From Naegleria gruberi (Eukaryota): DNA of 64,000 nucleotides. The position numbers and the translations under genes are program-made. The notes beneath the pieces were generated by a model. The model ran no database searches. It was given only the letters and a program-made list of their open reading frames with translations, and was not told the origin of the DNA. The stretch's first letter is position 1. Each line of letters begins with the position of its first letter. The stretch is from the NCBI GenBank assembly GCA_000004985.1, contig GG738869.1. One strand, written 5' to 3'. Shown here piece by piece: positions 19,509 through 30,636 of this stretch.

Positions 19509-21791
19509 ATGCATCAGCAAGTTGGAATAGCAAGTAGCTACCAAACGTCATCCTCATCGACGCCCAGCATTTTGCTAAATACTACTTCATCTTCGGCATC
19601 TTTGAATCATCATCAGCAGCAGCAGCAACAGTATCATTCTCAAGGTGGGGGATATCAACAACAAATCAATATGATGAATAATTATAGTAATAATAATAGT
19701 ACATCATTGGGAACCAATAATAATAATAATTTGGATACTATGAGTGGTGTTAGTTATGAAAGGCTTGGAGGAACGGAGAATAATCCGTATCCTTCGTTTC
19801 CTCTTAATTTGAGAAGAAATCAGAATAATCAAGTAATTGCTCCTTCACCCTCATCTACAACAACAATTAATTCAATCAATAATAATAATAGTAATAATAA
19901 TAATAATAATAATACTAACAAAACAGGATGTTGTGGTGGATCGAATAAGAATAATCAACAAGCAAACACCACCAGTAATAATAACGTTTCTCCCAATAAT
20001 CCACCTCAAGGAATGCACTATTGTGCTTGTAAAAACTCATATCAACCTGGAGCCTCTGATTGTGAGTTCCAACAATTCATTACCAAATTTGCCAACGTTC
20101 CGAATACTACTCCATCACCCAACTCTGGATCGACTTCACCTCCTTCTAGTGTCACACCAGAGGATAACTTATCAATGCACACTTCAACTGTTGAGAAAGC
20201 TCTTCCGAAAGCCAATACATCCTGTTTATTGTGTAAATTAAGACATAGAAAGTGTGACTATAGTCATCCTTCCTGCACACATTGTATGAAAGAAAATAGA
20301 CAGTTTTGTCTCTACATTAGTAATGTAAAGAGAGGACCAAAAAAGCAAAAGGATGATGTGGATAGTATGGACCTGGATACAATCACCAAAGATAATATCG
20401 ACACTATTTACAAGACTATATATCAAAATATTTCTAATATCAAAGCTGATAATGAAGTGGTATCAAAGTTGTCATTCCAATTATTCAGTAAAATTGTTGA
20501 CAAGCTTCTTCCACGTTCGGCAAAAGAAGATATCTATGAATTAATGAGGGTAGCCTTACATCCAACGAATGAGGTTTTTTCTGGTGATATGGATCATTTC
20601 TACAAGTATTTTTACAAGATTGGAGAAAAGGAAATTGCTCTCGTTTCTATTTTGCAAGCCATAGCCCTTCAAAGATTAAATTACAAACAACTGGCAGCTA
20701 GACTCTATGAGAAGGCAAGATCAAAGATGTCTGTCATATTTGATCATGTATCGGATTTTAAACTCATTGCTGTTTATGTATTTGTGGCAATCTACTTGTT
20801 GGGAGATGGTGACAGACCAAGAGCTGAATACTTTCTCAATCATGTTAAATTCTATGTTAAAGAATTTCAACCAACAATGCACGAAGCACAATTTCTACTC
20901 AGAACTGTACTTTTATCAGAATCAATTTTGCAAGATAACTACGACCAACTTCTCAAACACTACGAAAATATTCTCCTCTTCTTTACACCTCAACAACACG
21001 ATCCTGAAAATTTACCTCAATCTGCCATCAATAGTATTTCCAGTTATATTGTAAATTCAAATGAGAAAATGTTCAAACCTGGAAGATGTAGAATTGGAGA
21101 TGCTGATTCTAATGGAGAATTGAAAAGGCAACTGATTCATTTGAGAGAAATTATTGATAAGAGTAATCAGGAATATCCAATTGGTTATCAACATTTATTG
21201 GACTCACTACTTAATTCTAATGATGATATTAACAATTTGTGTATTAATTTCAAACCTGAGAGCTCTGAACCTTTAGAACAGAAAATTGAACAAATTAATA
21301 TGGCCATCGAGAATATAAGAAAACAATACGGAAGCTGGGATTTTCTTGGAAACACTTTCATATCCATGCTATACAGCATTGTAATTTTACACAAGCACAA
21401 ATCATTCAACACTGATGAAATTTCAGTGGATGCTGTCAAATGTGCTGACATGATTACCAAATCAACAGAGTACGATGATTTTTCACTTTCTTCATTCCCT
21501 GCCTCCATTCCTCTCTCAATTGCCTGTAAAATTCACATGAGCTCTATGAGAAATATCCTTCGATCATCCACCCTCATCATTCACGAATACTCAGAACAAT
21601 TGAGAAACTATTTACAAAATGATTGTGATGCTCTCCAAATGCTCACTGCTAAATTCCCCCTTGTTGAGAAGAGATTCTCAACCTTGGTAAAAGATGCTCA
21701 ACAAGCATTAGGAAAATATGCAGAAATGAGAATGACTCAACCTCAAAGATTTGTTTCCCTTGACTCTATTTCCAAACATTTCCACATGTAA
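19509..21791 (+). CDS. Zn(II)2Cys6 (Gal4-type) zinc-cluster transcription factor with a poly-Q/poly-N N-terminus, 760 aa
   Basis: CLLCKLRHRKCDYSHPSCTHCMKENRQFC fits C-x2-C-x6-C-x6-C-x2-C-x7-C. The N-terminus has HHQQQQQQYHSQ and a (AAT)n-encoded poly-Asn tract. Confidence 0.75.
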   Translation: MHQQVGIASSYQTSSSSTPSILLNTTSSSASLNHHQQQQQQYHSQGGGYQQQINMMNNYSNNNSTSLGTNNNNNLDTMSGVSYERLGGTENNPYPSFPLNLRRNQNNQVIAPSPSSTTTINSINNNNSNNNNNNNTNKTGCCGGSNKNNQQANTTSNNNVSPNNPPQGMHYCACKNSYQPGASDCEFQQFITKFANVPNTTPSPNSGSTSPPSSVTPEDNLSMHTSTVEKALPKANTSCLLCKLRHRKCDYSHPSCTHCMKENRQFCLYISNVKRGPKKQKDDVDSMDLDTITKDNIDTIYKTIYQNISNIKADNEVVSKLSFQLFSKIVDKLLPRSAKEDIYELMRVALHPTNEVFSGDMDHFYKYFYKIGEKEIALVSILQAIALQRLNYKQLAARLYEKARSKMSVIFDHVSDFKLIAVYVFVAIYLLGDGDRPRAEYFLNHVKFYVKEFQPTMHEAQFLLRTVLLSESILQDNYDQLLKHYENILLFFTPQQHDPENLPQSAINSISSYIVNSNEKMFKPGRCRIGDADSNGELKRQLIHLREIIDKSNQEYPIGYQHLLDSLLNSNDDINNLCINFKPESSEPLEQKIEQINMAIENIRKQYGSWDFLGNTFISMLYSIVILHKHKSFNTDEISVDAVKCADMITKSTEYDDFSLSSFPASIPLSIACKIHMSSMRNILRSSTLIIHEYSEQLRNYLQNDCDALQMLTAKFPLVEKRFSTLVKDAQQALGKYAEMRMTQPQRFVSLDSISKHFHM
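19878..19916 (+). repeat. (AAT)n microsatellite encoding poly-Asn inside the Zn2Cys6 gene
   Basis: aataataataatagtaataataataataataataat is directly visible. Confidence 0.9.
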
Positions 21792-21856
21792 ATTTCCTTT
21801 GAGTCATATTCTCATAAATGCTCGGAAAGATCTAACGAATAAAACTTTCAGTTACA

Positions 21857-22894
21857 TTGTACTGGATATTCCCGCTCAAAACTACAGTTTTTATTTTTGA
21901 AAAAAACAATTTAAAAAAAGAGTTACCGCTCTCTTCTTCATCAGCTATTCTTCTCTTCTTGAGTACTAGTAAAAGCAGCAGAATGCCTCAAAAGTTTAGT
22001 ATCTATGAAACATCGTACAACTCGAGTCATCATGGAGCTCAACTAAATGATAACCTTAAAAATCCAATCCACAAGAAGGCACCACTTTCCGACAAGATGA
22101 CCTACACAGCTGACCACAAAGAACACCACTTGGCAAGTACTGTTGCCGATTATGCAATTGAAATGAATGAAGATACTGGAACCTACACCCTCATTCATCC
22201 ACCCTCAAAATATCACTCCGAAGCCAAATCATCATTCTCCAACAGACCTCTTGCTCCAAATAATGACCAAGTACATCAAGAAAATAAGGAACACATCAAA
22301 AATCTGGAACAAGACATGAAAGTCACAATGGCCATGCCAAAGGATGATCCAGAATCTGTAGAAATGTTGGGTATTTACAAATCAACAACTCATGCTCACT
22401 ACGACAAGACCAAAGTGTTCGATACAACCCAACCACAAACCATTATTTATAGAGATCAACAACAGAGAGGAAAAGTCAAGACAGGATTTAAATCGTTTAC
22501 TCATACTGATGATATGAGTGCACCTAGTTCGAAATTCCTTGTGGAAAATTTGGATATTCAAGCAAAGGCTTATCCTCAATCATTTGCTGCAACAACTAAC
22601 CTTGGAATGATACCAACAACTAAGGAAGAGTACAATCATATGGATGAAAAATTTGAGCAACAAGCCACACTTAAAAATCGTATGATGAAATCAACTTTGG
22701 AAAAGCAAAATCAGCCAATTAATGAGCACTATATTTCTGAGCAAAAATCTCAATATGCTGCCAAAGATCCTGAACATTACCAAGTTGATAAGAGTTTTGT
22801 AAAACCTCAAGTATTTAGTTATCGTATTGACACTGTAAATGGAACGCCGTGTGTCAAGGCAAGTTATACTCAACCGATTGTACCATCAAATTAA
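21857..22894 (+). CDS. Hypothetical protein. The likely start is an internal Met (MPQKFSIYE... near 21983).
   Basis: 345-aa ORF, hydrophilic, with no recognisable domain. Confidence 0.35.
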   Translation: MYWIFPLKTTVFIFEKNNLKKELPLSSSSAILLFLSTSKSSRMPQKFSIYETSYNSSHHGAQLNDNLKNPIHKKAPLSDKMTYTADHKEHHLASTVADYAIEMNEDTGTYTLIHPPSKYHSEAKSSFSNRPLAPNNDQVHQENKEHIKNLEQDMKVTMAMPKDDPESVEMLGIYKSTTHAHYDKTKVFDTTQPQTIIYRDQQQRGKVKTGFKSFTHTDDMSAPSSKFLVENLDIQAKAYPQSFAATTNLGMIPTTKEEYNHMDEKFEQQATLKNRMMKSTLEKQNQPINEHYISEQKSQYAAKDPEHYQVDKSFVKPQVFSYRIDTVNGTPCVKASYTQPIVPSN

Positions 22895-22924
22895 GTTTTG
22901 AATACCAATAAAGACGTGTGTAAT

Positions 22925-24088
22925 TTAGAGCAATTTCAAAAAGTCACTTGCTGAAGTGGTTTCCTTCTTATTCTTTTTCTTTTTTGAAGAATTATTCTTA
23001 CTGGCATTATTCGATGAGTTTGAGTCATCTCTCTTTCTCTTCTTGTCATCTTCTTTTGGAGCTGCTTGTGGTTTTTCCTTCTTTTGTGAATCAGTTGATT
23101 GATTCAATTCACTTCCTGAATTGTTTTGTTTCTTATTTTTCTTCTCGTGTGGATTATTGGATGGAATAGTCGATTTTTCCTCTTGTTTTGAATGGGGTTG
23201 TTGTTTTGGATGTTTGGATTCTTCCCTTTGATTTTGGGTTTCACTCTTTTGTTCTGTTTTTTGTGTTGTTGGAACAATTTGACTTGCAATGGTCTTATCA
23301 AATGGAATTATTAAATATTTCTGGCATTGTTTACATTTGAAAGTGAGTACATTATTATTGGCATCCTTTTGAGAACAAAGACAATAGACAATATGAGACC
23401 ATTTCATCTTTTCATTCTTTGTAGTGAAAAATTGTTTCAAATTGAGTGAACACAACTTGTCTCCCTTTGTAACATCCTTAATAACAATCTTTGTTGAATT
23501 TTGTTTTGCCAACTGATATCCAGTATTTCTATCCAGAAATGAATGTCCACAAAATTGACAAGATTTTACATAATTACTAGAATGTCTACTAACACTATCC
23601 GAACAAGCACTTTCCAAATGAAACCTCCTCATATAAAATTCAGCCAACTCGGAATCCTTTTCTTGCATAGCTTCAGCTAATTTAATTAATTGATTTTGCA
23701 AATTAATATTTAAATCATTTTCCGTAGCAATAAGGTTATTATCTAATGATGAAGAGTTTGATTTTTCTATTGTTGTAGCAGAATTCAATGATGATGTTGT
23801 TGCTGCTGCCGATGAAGAAGATGAAGAAGATGAAGGCTTTGAATTTTTCTTCTTGGTTGCTGCCTTGGAACCTTTCGGAGCCTCCGTCAAATCAAGTTGA
23901 TGAATTTGTTGAATCTTGTTCTTATTTTCAATAATTGTTTGTGATTGTTTGACGAGTTGCTTCTTCTTGATATTGGACAAATCATCCAACATTTTCTTCT
24001 GCTTGATGAATGAAAACATTTTTTTATTTGTGTGTTTTTTAAAATTGTAAATGGTTGCAATTTCTTCTTGAAACAGAGAGCAACACAA
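22925..24088 (-). CDS. Lys/Ser-rich probable nuclear protein with a putative zinc-ribbon (two CxxC pairs). The likely start is MFSFIKQKK.
   Basis: SCQFCGHSF ... FKCKQCQKY about 55 aa apart. A long basic/Ser-rich C-terminus (KKRKRDD...KKKKNKK) suggests a nuclear localisation signal. Confidence 0.4.
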   Translation of the reverse strand: MCCSLFQEEIATIYNFKKHTNKKMFSFIKQKKMLDDLSNIKKKQLVKQSQTIIENKNKIQQIHQLDLTEAPKGSKAATKKKNSKPSSSSSSSSAAATTSSLNSATTIEKSNSSSLDNNLIATENDLNINLQNQLIKLAEAMQEKDSELAEFYMRRFHLESACSDSVSRHSSNYVKSCQFCGHSFLDRNTGYQLAKQNSTKIVIKDVTKGDKLCSLNLKQFFTTKNEKMKWSHIVYCLCSQKDANNNVLTFKCKQCQKYLIIPFDKTIASQIVPTTQKTEQKSETQNQREESKHPKQQPHSKQEEKSTIPSNNPHEKKNKKQNNSGSELNQSTDSQKKEKPQAAPKEDDKKRKRDDSNSSNNASKNNSSKKKKNKKETTSASDFLKLL

Positions 24089-24152
24089 GATTTTACAAAA
24101 TTAGTAGTATATTATTATTACTTTGTTACAAACTCTCTAAAAATACATAAAC

Positions 24153-25535
24153 TCATTTGTGTTCATTTTGTTGCATCATTGAGTTAAACCAAGTTGAAAC
24201 ATTGTGAGAAACGACTGTGAATTGATCTCCAAGATAGTTGGAAACTTCCTTGGTCTTGGAAGCAACATCTTTGGCTTGTTCTCCAAGATACCAAGCAATG
24301 TCTGAACCTGACATGTTTGTAATGTCTCCAGATGTAAATGGATTCTTTCTTGAATTACTACTGGCAGCTGAACCAATACCTCTATATCTGTCAGCATTGT
24401 TATTGGATGATGATGTGTATGATTCTCCGTATGGGGAATTGTTACCATAACTACTGCTGCCATTGTTATTATTATTATTTGAATATCCACTGCCAATTCC
24501 ACTATATCTGTCGCTATTATTATTGTGAGATGAATTTGATGTTGTTGATGCGGATTTCTTCATAGTTGGTGTAGTAACCCTATGGTCATCATCCTTATCC
24601 CAATCATTGTTGAAAAAGTCATCATCATTAATATTTTCTTGTTTTTCCACAACCACTTCCTTTGTTCCGAAAATATCATCATCCAAGTTTGAACTACTAT
24701 TCTTTTTGGATGAATTCTTTGCCTTGCCGAATGAATCTTGAGAGAAGATATCCTTGCTGCTTGATGAATTGGATATTGTTCTTCCTGGTTTGATTTTGAA
24801 ATTATTATTCGATGAACTGCTTGTCAGCACTTTATACTTTGGTTCAGAGGCAGTTGGAGATGGAGTAGATGTCTCCTTCAACATTTCATCCTCAAAACTC
24901 CAATCATGATTGTTAGAAGTATTGGAAGGTGGTGCTGATTTGACTTTTTCCTCGCTATCAGTTATTATATCAGTGTTAACTGTGAGTGTTGGCTTTTTAT
25001 CTGAAGTTCCACTGTTGTAATGTTGTATTAATTCAATGATAATAATAATTGTATAATTATTTGATAGAATCAATCCATACAATATTGATAGATGATGATG
25101 ACACGATAACATTATATTAAATAATTATTATGGATAGATAACATTAAATTTGATGAAAATTAATACTACTACAAACCTCTTTTGTTGTACTTGTTGTTTT
25201 AAGAGAGCAGCATATTCCTTTGCAGCCTTTGAATTATACTTTTGAGCAATAGGCATCCTATCAATTCCCTTGCTGGTAAAATATTCTCTTGCCTTCTTAT
25301 TTCCTCCGTTTACCATTGCTTGTGTATGTTCATCAGACCACTTGTCCAATGTGGCTGATTTGACAAAACTAACATCAACTCCCAAACTTCTGTGCACTCC
25401 CGAACATGACAAACAGAAGAAAACACCAAATGTAATTGAACACCAATCAGGATTTTTGGTTGTACAATCAATACAAACTTTGTTCTCTGGCTTTTCACGG
25501 AGCTTCTTCAAAATACGTTGATTCTCTTCAGACAT
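24153..25535 (-). CDS. ArfGAP-domain protein with an S/N-rich C-terminus containing an NPF motif (AGFG/Hrb-like). Two exons on the minus strand: 25535..25177 and 25011..24153; intron 25012..25176 with GTTTGT donor and ACAG acceptor.
   Basis: Exon 1 reads CIDCTTKNPDWCSITFGVFFCLSCSGVHRSLGVDVSFVKSATLDKW (C4 ArfGAP finger). The splice joins ...QQVQQK to SGTSDKKPTL... in frame (359 + 859 nt). The C-terminus has SRKNPFTSGD (an EH-domain binding NPF). Confidence 0.7.
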
Positions 25536-25812
25536 TCCAAAATTGTTATTTTAAATATAAAAAATCAAATTTAAAATTGTTATTGTTGCGGTGATGAAGT
25601 TTGAGAGTTTTTTTTCTTTTGGATTTTTTTTAGAATTTTTTCTGAATGAGGTGAAGGGGTTTGCTGACGTAGACAGGTAAAGTGATTTTCAGCAGCTATT
25701 AAGATGTTCATTGGAAAGTAAATTGTTAGGTAATGTATTGTGCATTGTGGAGGGATTTTTTGGATAATGATTGGTGGTTAGTATTTTAAAGTAGATTTTC
25801 TGATTCAGGGAT

Positions 25813-27255
25813 TTAATTTTGATCAAGTTGTTCATTTCTCAAATCATACTTGTCTTCAGTTATTCGGATGAGTTTTGGAAATCGTTCCTTAGTTAATATT
25901 TTAAGGTTGATATTGTCCATGGATTGAACTTCGAGGTATTCAAGTTTTGGGAAGTGACTCTCAGAGGTGAACAATTTTGTGGCTAACTTATTTCCATAAA
26001 GAAATAGATTTTGTAAATGTTTTAGATTGTTGAGACCTTTTAAACTAGTCAATTTGTTGTGAGAAAAGTTCAATTCCCTTAAATCCACCAATTTGGAAAC
26101 ATCGGCTGATGATATTCTATTGACATAGATACCTAATTTTTGAAGTTTAGTCAAATTCTCTGTTATTAATTCGATGGAAGTTATCTTATTATTTCCCAAA
26201 TCTAGGTCTGTTAAATTTGTCATTTGGGAGATGTGCAACAACCCTTCGTTAGAAATTTCATTCCCTGTCAAGAAAAGTTTTGTTATTGAGGGTAATGCTG
26301 ATACGAATAGACATCCTTCATTCCCCAATCTATTATCCATCAATTTTAAAGATCGAATCTCTTTCATTCCATTAATAAATGATAACTGATCAATAATATT
26401 ATCGCTCATATCAAGCTTAGTGAGTTTTTTCAAGCTATTTAAATGATAGCATGCTTCACTACTCAAATTGCACGACTGAATTTTCAAACTTTTCAAATAT
26501 TTCAAATTGGAAAAAAATTTGAAACATTCATCAGTCACTTCACTCATTTGAGTCAAAGTCAACGATTCCAAATTCTGAAACTCTGACATTTCATCATATT
26601 CTAATTTTGTAAATGTACATTTTCCAATTTTCAAAACTTTTAAACTCTTTTTGATATTACACACCAATACTTTCCATGAATTAAATCCCATTTTCACATT
26701 AAATATTACAAATTCTTCCAATGGAGAAACAATATTCTCCCAAAACTCATTATTCTTCAAGTATCTAATTTCTATTCGTTTCAAACTCTTGCAATTTCTC
26801 ATCAATTTTGCATTCACCACTTGACTTCCCTTAAACACAATTTCCTTCAAATTATCCAATCCTTCCAAACATTGACATTGTAGAATAGTAGCATTTGGTT
26901 CCAATCTCTTTACAACATGAATACTCTCCAAATTCCTCATGTATTTTCCCAAATATTTGATACACAATTTCGGAGTGGAAAGATGTGCAACATTATGAAA
27001 AATTCCCTTCTTCATGACCTTTTCAAAGGAATCAATCTGTTTCGTATCACTGATAATAACATGAACATTCCTCACTTGCAAAACCATATAATTCCAACAT
27101 CTAGAAACTTGTCTACATTTGAACAATTCTTGAAACGATAAATGGACGAATATTTGATGAATGTACAAATCCCGATCAAAATGAAGGCATTGATTCGATA
27201 GAAATTCTTGTTCGTGGAGAACATGACAGTTAGCGGGATGATTAGTATTGCCCAT
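25813..27255 (-). CDS. F-box / leucine-rich-repeat protein, 480 aa
   Basis: N-terminal F-box-like IHQIFVHLSFQELFKCRQVSRCWNYMV, followed by more than 12 LRRs (LxxLxLxxNxIxxxG pattern). Confidence 0.65.
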   Translation of the reverse strand: MGNTNHPANCHVLHEQEFLSNQCLHFDRDLYIHQIFVHLSFQELFKCRQVSRCWNYMVLQVRNVHVIISDTKQIDSFEKVMKKGIFHNVAHLSTPKLCIKYLGKYMRNLESIHVVKRLEPNATILQCQCLEGLDNLKEIVFKGSQVVNAKLMRNCKSLKRIEIRYLKNNEFWENIVSPLEEFVIFNVKMGFNSWKVLVCNIKKSLKVLKIGKCTFTKLEYDEMSEFQNLESLTLTQMSEVTDECFKFFSNLKYLKSLKIQSCNLSSEACYHLNSLKKLTKLDMSDNIIDQLSFINGMKEIRSLKLMDNRLGNEGCLFVSALPSITKLFLTGNEISNEGLLHISQMTNLTDLDLGNNKITSIELITENLTKLQKLGIYVNRISSADVSKLVDLRELNFSHNKLTSLKGLNNLKHLQNLFLYGNKLATKLFTSESHFPKLEYLEVQSMDNINLKILTKERFPKLIRITEDKYDLRNEQLDQN

Positions 27256-27567
27256 TTTTTTACTGTTGTTTTATTTCGAATCTTCAAAGATAGGTCTTTA
27301 ATTTGTTATATTTATTGTGCATTTCTATAAAAGAAAGGTGGCAATAATAATACTGAAATCAGCTGCTGAGTAACATACATGTCAACTACTTGTTAAGGAA
27401 AGTTGATTGTTGGCCACACCATTTTCAATATACTTTACAATTATATTCCAACATTGTAAACACCATTGTTACAATAATACAACTTTTTTAAAGACCCTTT
27501 TCACTATTCCACAAATCCATTCAATACATCCTTTTTCATCCATTAAACCCAAAACAAACACATTACA

Positions 27568-30496
27568 ATGATCATCATTTCCACCTTGCTAAGCACTCAC
27601 CCATCACCAAAACACACATTTTCCCACCAAAAAAAAATGTTTGCCAACAATTCCACTACAACCACCACCACAACATCAGCAATAACAACAAACTCTTCTG
27701 TTGGTGGTGGAGGTGGTAGTACTGCTTCTAATGTTGCTGTTCATGGAGGAGGAGGTACTAGTGGTTATTCTTCTCAGCAGCAGCAAGAGGGAGGTAACAA
27801 CAATAACAATAATAATACATCATCGATGAATAATAGAAGTAGCAATGCATCACTTGGAATGATTTCGAGTACGACCTCATATTTTGATCTGGATTCGAAT
27901 GTGGAAAAGACAATTCCTACAAAGACGATGGCACCCTATGTGTTGCAGGGAAAGGAGTTGGCAGAGGCTGGAGTTGAAGATACGAATTGTTTGATAAGTG
28001 TTCCATTCTCAATTCCGTATATGGAGGTTTTTATTGATAAGTGTCAAGATTTACCAACAAAATTGAACAGTAGTGGATTATGTGAGTAAGTAGTTAATAG
28101 AGTGATCGGTTGTTTATTGATCATGATGATTTTTCACATTCGTCTGGTTTCGAATAATATTTTCAAATTAATTATAATCATAATTATGAATATATTACAG
28201 TCCGTACATTGTACTCTCAGTGATTCAATTGGGAGATTCCGAGTTGAGAGACTTTTCTCAACTTCCAACGAATGAAGAGTTTTGCAAATCTTCCAAAATC
28301 AAAAAAAACAATAATCCAACATGGAACGGTAAAGAAAGATTTCTAATGGCTGTTCCTCCTCAAGTATTTTCCACAACTTCTTCAAGTTTAGGGGCAATGA
28401 CCATGTCAGGAGCATCCATTCAAACCTCTTCAAGTCAATCGTTTACTATTGGATCTAAAAAGACTGGAATTTCATTTAAGGACAAAAAGAGCAAATCCAA
28501 TGATAATATATCTCCTTCAAAGAGCTCAGATAATATTGGTTTTAAAAATCAATATTTATTGATTCAAGTGTACAGTTATGATCGTTTAAAGAAGGACAGT
28601 TTTATTGGATCTGCAAGAATTGGTCCTCTCTCAAAGTTACCTTATGGTGTCATGTTGAGCAAGACAGTGCCACTTCACGAGTCTGGCTCTGGAGCAACTT
28701 GTAGCCTGAGATTTATTGCGCACAATTTTGGATTATCTTGGGAAGAGTTTGAAGAAATGGATTCTGCTGACAATGACTTTTTGACATTTAAACCTGTTTG
28801 TGCTGATGTAAGTTGTTAACTTGATTTGTGTTAACACATTATGTGAAAATAGCCTGTGAAAGCAGTTTTGGACAAAATTTCAGGTTCTCGCTATGCAGGG
28901 CAATTTCCAAATCCAAAGGATGAAGTGAGATTTGCCACCATGCTTGCAAATAAGAAACACATATTGGAAACCTATCTTAATAAGGATTGGGTAGAAGTGG
29001 TCCCAACACAAAAGAGATCTATTCCAAAACAACGGGATTTATCAGACAAGGATAAAAAGACACCAACCTCCTTCTCACCTTCTAATGAAATGATTCCTTC
29101 AAATTCAGTAACAACATCTCCTTCTCCAACTCATTCGAGTGTAGTTGCTGTAGATTCACCAAGACTTTTCAATGTCAATCCAACACCTCCTCAACAACAT
29201 GAAAATCAATTGAGTACAGCCGCTGAATCTCCAAATATGAAAGAAAGTCAGTCAGAGGATTCTCTCAATAATCAAAATACTAACAATCAAATTGAAGATA
29301 CCAACACAAACAATTCAAGTAATTCTTCAGACCACGAAGAAGAAGAGGACGAAGACGAGGCAGTTACTGAAGAAACAGTCTCAGACGAAGAAGAGGATGA
29401 TGAAGAAGAGGAAGCAGAAATGGACAGCAAGGAAATGAAAGAGTTCATTCAAGAGCAAGAAAAACAACTTCTCAAAGGAAAGGTTGACATTAAATTGATC
29501 ATTGTAGATCAGGAGAGAGACCAGAAATTCAAAAGTTCTGCCAGAAAATTACTCTCACCCATTCTTTCCAAGTTTGGTTCAACCAAAAATCTCTCAAGTT
29601 TTGGAATGTTTCATAGTTCTCTACTGATAGGTAATTGGATTTTGGAATGGAATGATAGTGCTCTGTGTGTACCAAGAAGAACTTTATCTAAAGCTGCCCT
29701 ATTTTGTGCAGATTTGGAACCAATCACAACATTGGAAGATTTGAACCAAGTTGTTGACAAAATTGCTGATGTAATTGTTGAGTGGAACACTACCAAAAAG
29801 TACAAACCAATGGGAGGAAACAGATGTGTCTATGGTAATTGCCAAGATTTTGTAGAGGCTGTCCTTTCTCGGTTAGGTATCAAATGGCAGATTGAAAATC
29901 CGTACATTAGATACTTCTTTGAACAATTGAAAAAGAAAGGATCTACAGATCTAAAACTCTTCTTTAAAAAGGAAGACGCTGACCAAGAAAATTCCTTCGT
30001 ACAAAAGTTTAAACTTCTCAGCCAATCTGGGTCAACAGCAGGACAGGGAACCTATTCTATCAAATTTGCAACTCATGAACAATTGGATCAATTTGTATTG
30101 AGATGTCTGAGGATAGATCCAATGATGAAAACAAACTATCCTGAAGTGTGGGGAATACTCAAAGGTTTTGATAGAGCTTTCTGGCTGAGACATTTGGCCT
30201 GGGAAGAAATGAAAGAAAGAAAACGAAGAGAACTTGTCTCTATTGAAAGAAATCTGTTCAAAATTAGTCAATTAAGAAGGGCTAACAAATTGACAGAAGA
30301 AGACAAGTCCAAAGAGAATAAGCTTTTCGAAAGAGCTTCAGAAGTTCAAAAAGAAGTTGAACGAATTGAAAAAGAAGGTAAACCAGTCAAACCATTTATG
30401 GGTAAACAATTGGATGAACGAAAGGAATTGGTAGAAGTTGATCTTTGTCCCTTCTCCAATCCTCTCACAACCTATTCCATAAGATTATACAATTAA
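27568..30496 (+). CDS. C2-domain protein with an acidic coiled-coil region and a C-terminal PPPDE-like (permuted papain fold) domain, about 922 aa. Three exons: 27568..28085, 28201..28807 and 28853..30496.
   Basis: Exon 1 ends ...KLNSSGLC plus GA. Exon 2 starts T CCG TAC..., giving GLCDPYIVLSVIQLGDSELRDF...KIKKNNNPTWNGKERF (C2 with DPY and NPxWN motifs). Donors are GTAAGT and GTAAGT; acceptors are TTACAG and AAATAG. The third exon contains GMFHSSLLIGNWILEW ... GGNRCVYGNCQDFVEAVLSRLGI, resembling the PPPDE His/Cys blocks. Confidence 0.6.
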
Positions 30497-30636
30497 TATC
30501 TCCATAATATTACTTCAAAACAACCCCATTTCAATAACAAACTGTTTCTAACATGTTTATTTCAATACTATCTTAGATGATTTGGTGCAATTTCAAATAT
30601 CACCCGAAAAGATTCTCAATAACAAGTTAAAAAAAA

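Noticed and set aside
25128-25176. C-terminal residues ...RFVVVLIFIKFNVIYP of ORF 25128..25535 (minus strand)
   Set aside because: This is intronic read-through. The ArfGAP exon ends at 25177 with a GTTTGT donor and resumes at 25011.
28082-28220. Alternative splice choice for the C2 gene (GTGAGT donor at 28082 with acceptor CAG at 28218..28220)
   Set aside because: It is in frame but yields GLLIQLGD, lacking the C2 DPY motif. The GTAAGT donor at 28086 with acceptor TTACAG at 28194..28200 gives GLCDPYIVLSV, a canonical C2 beta-strand, and is preferred.
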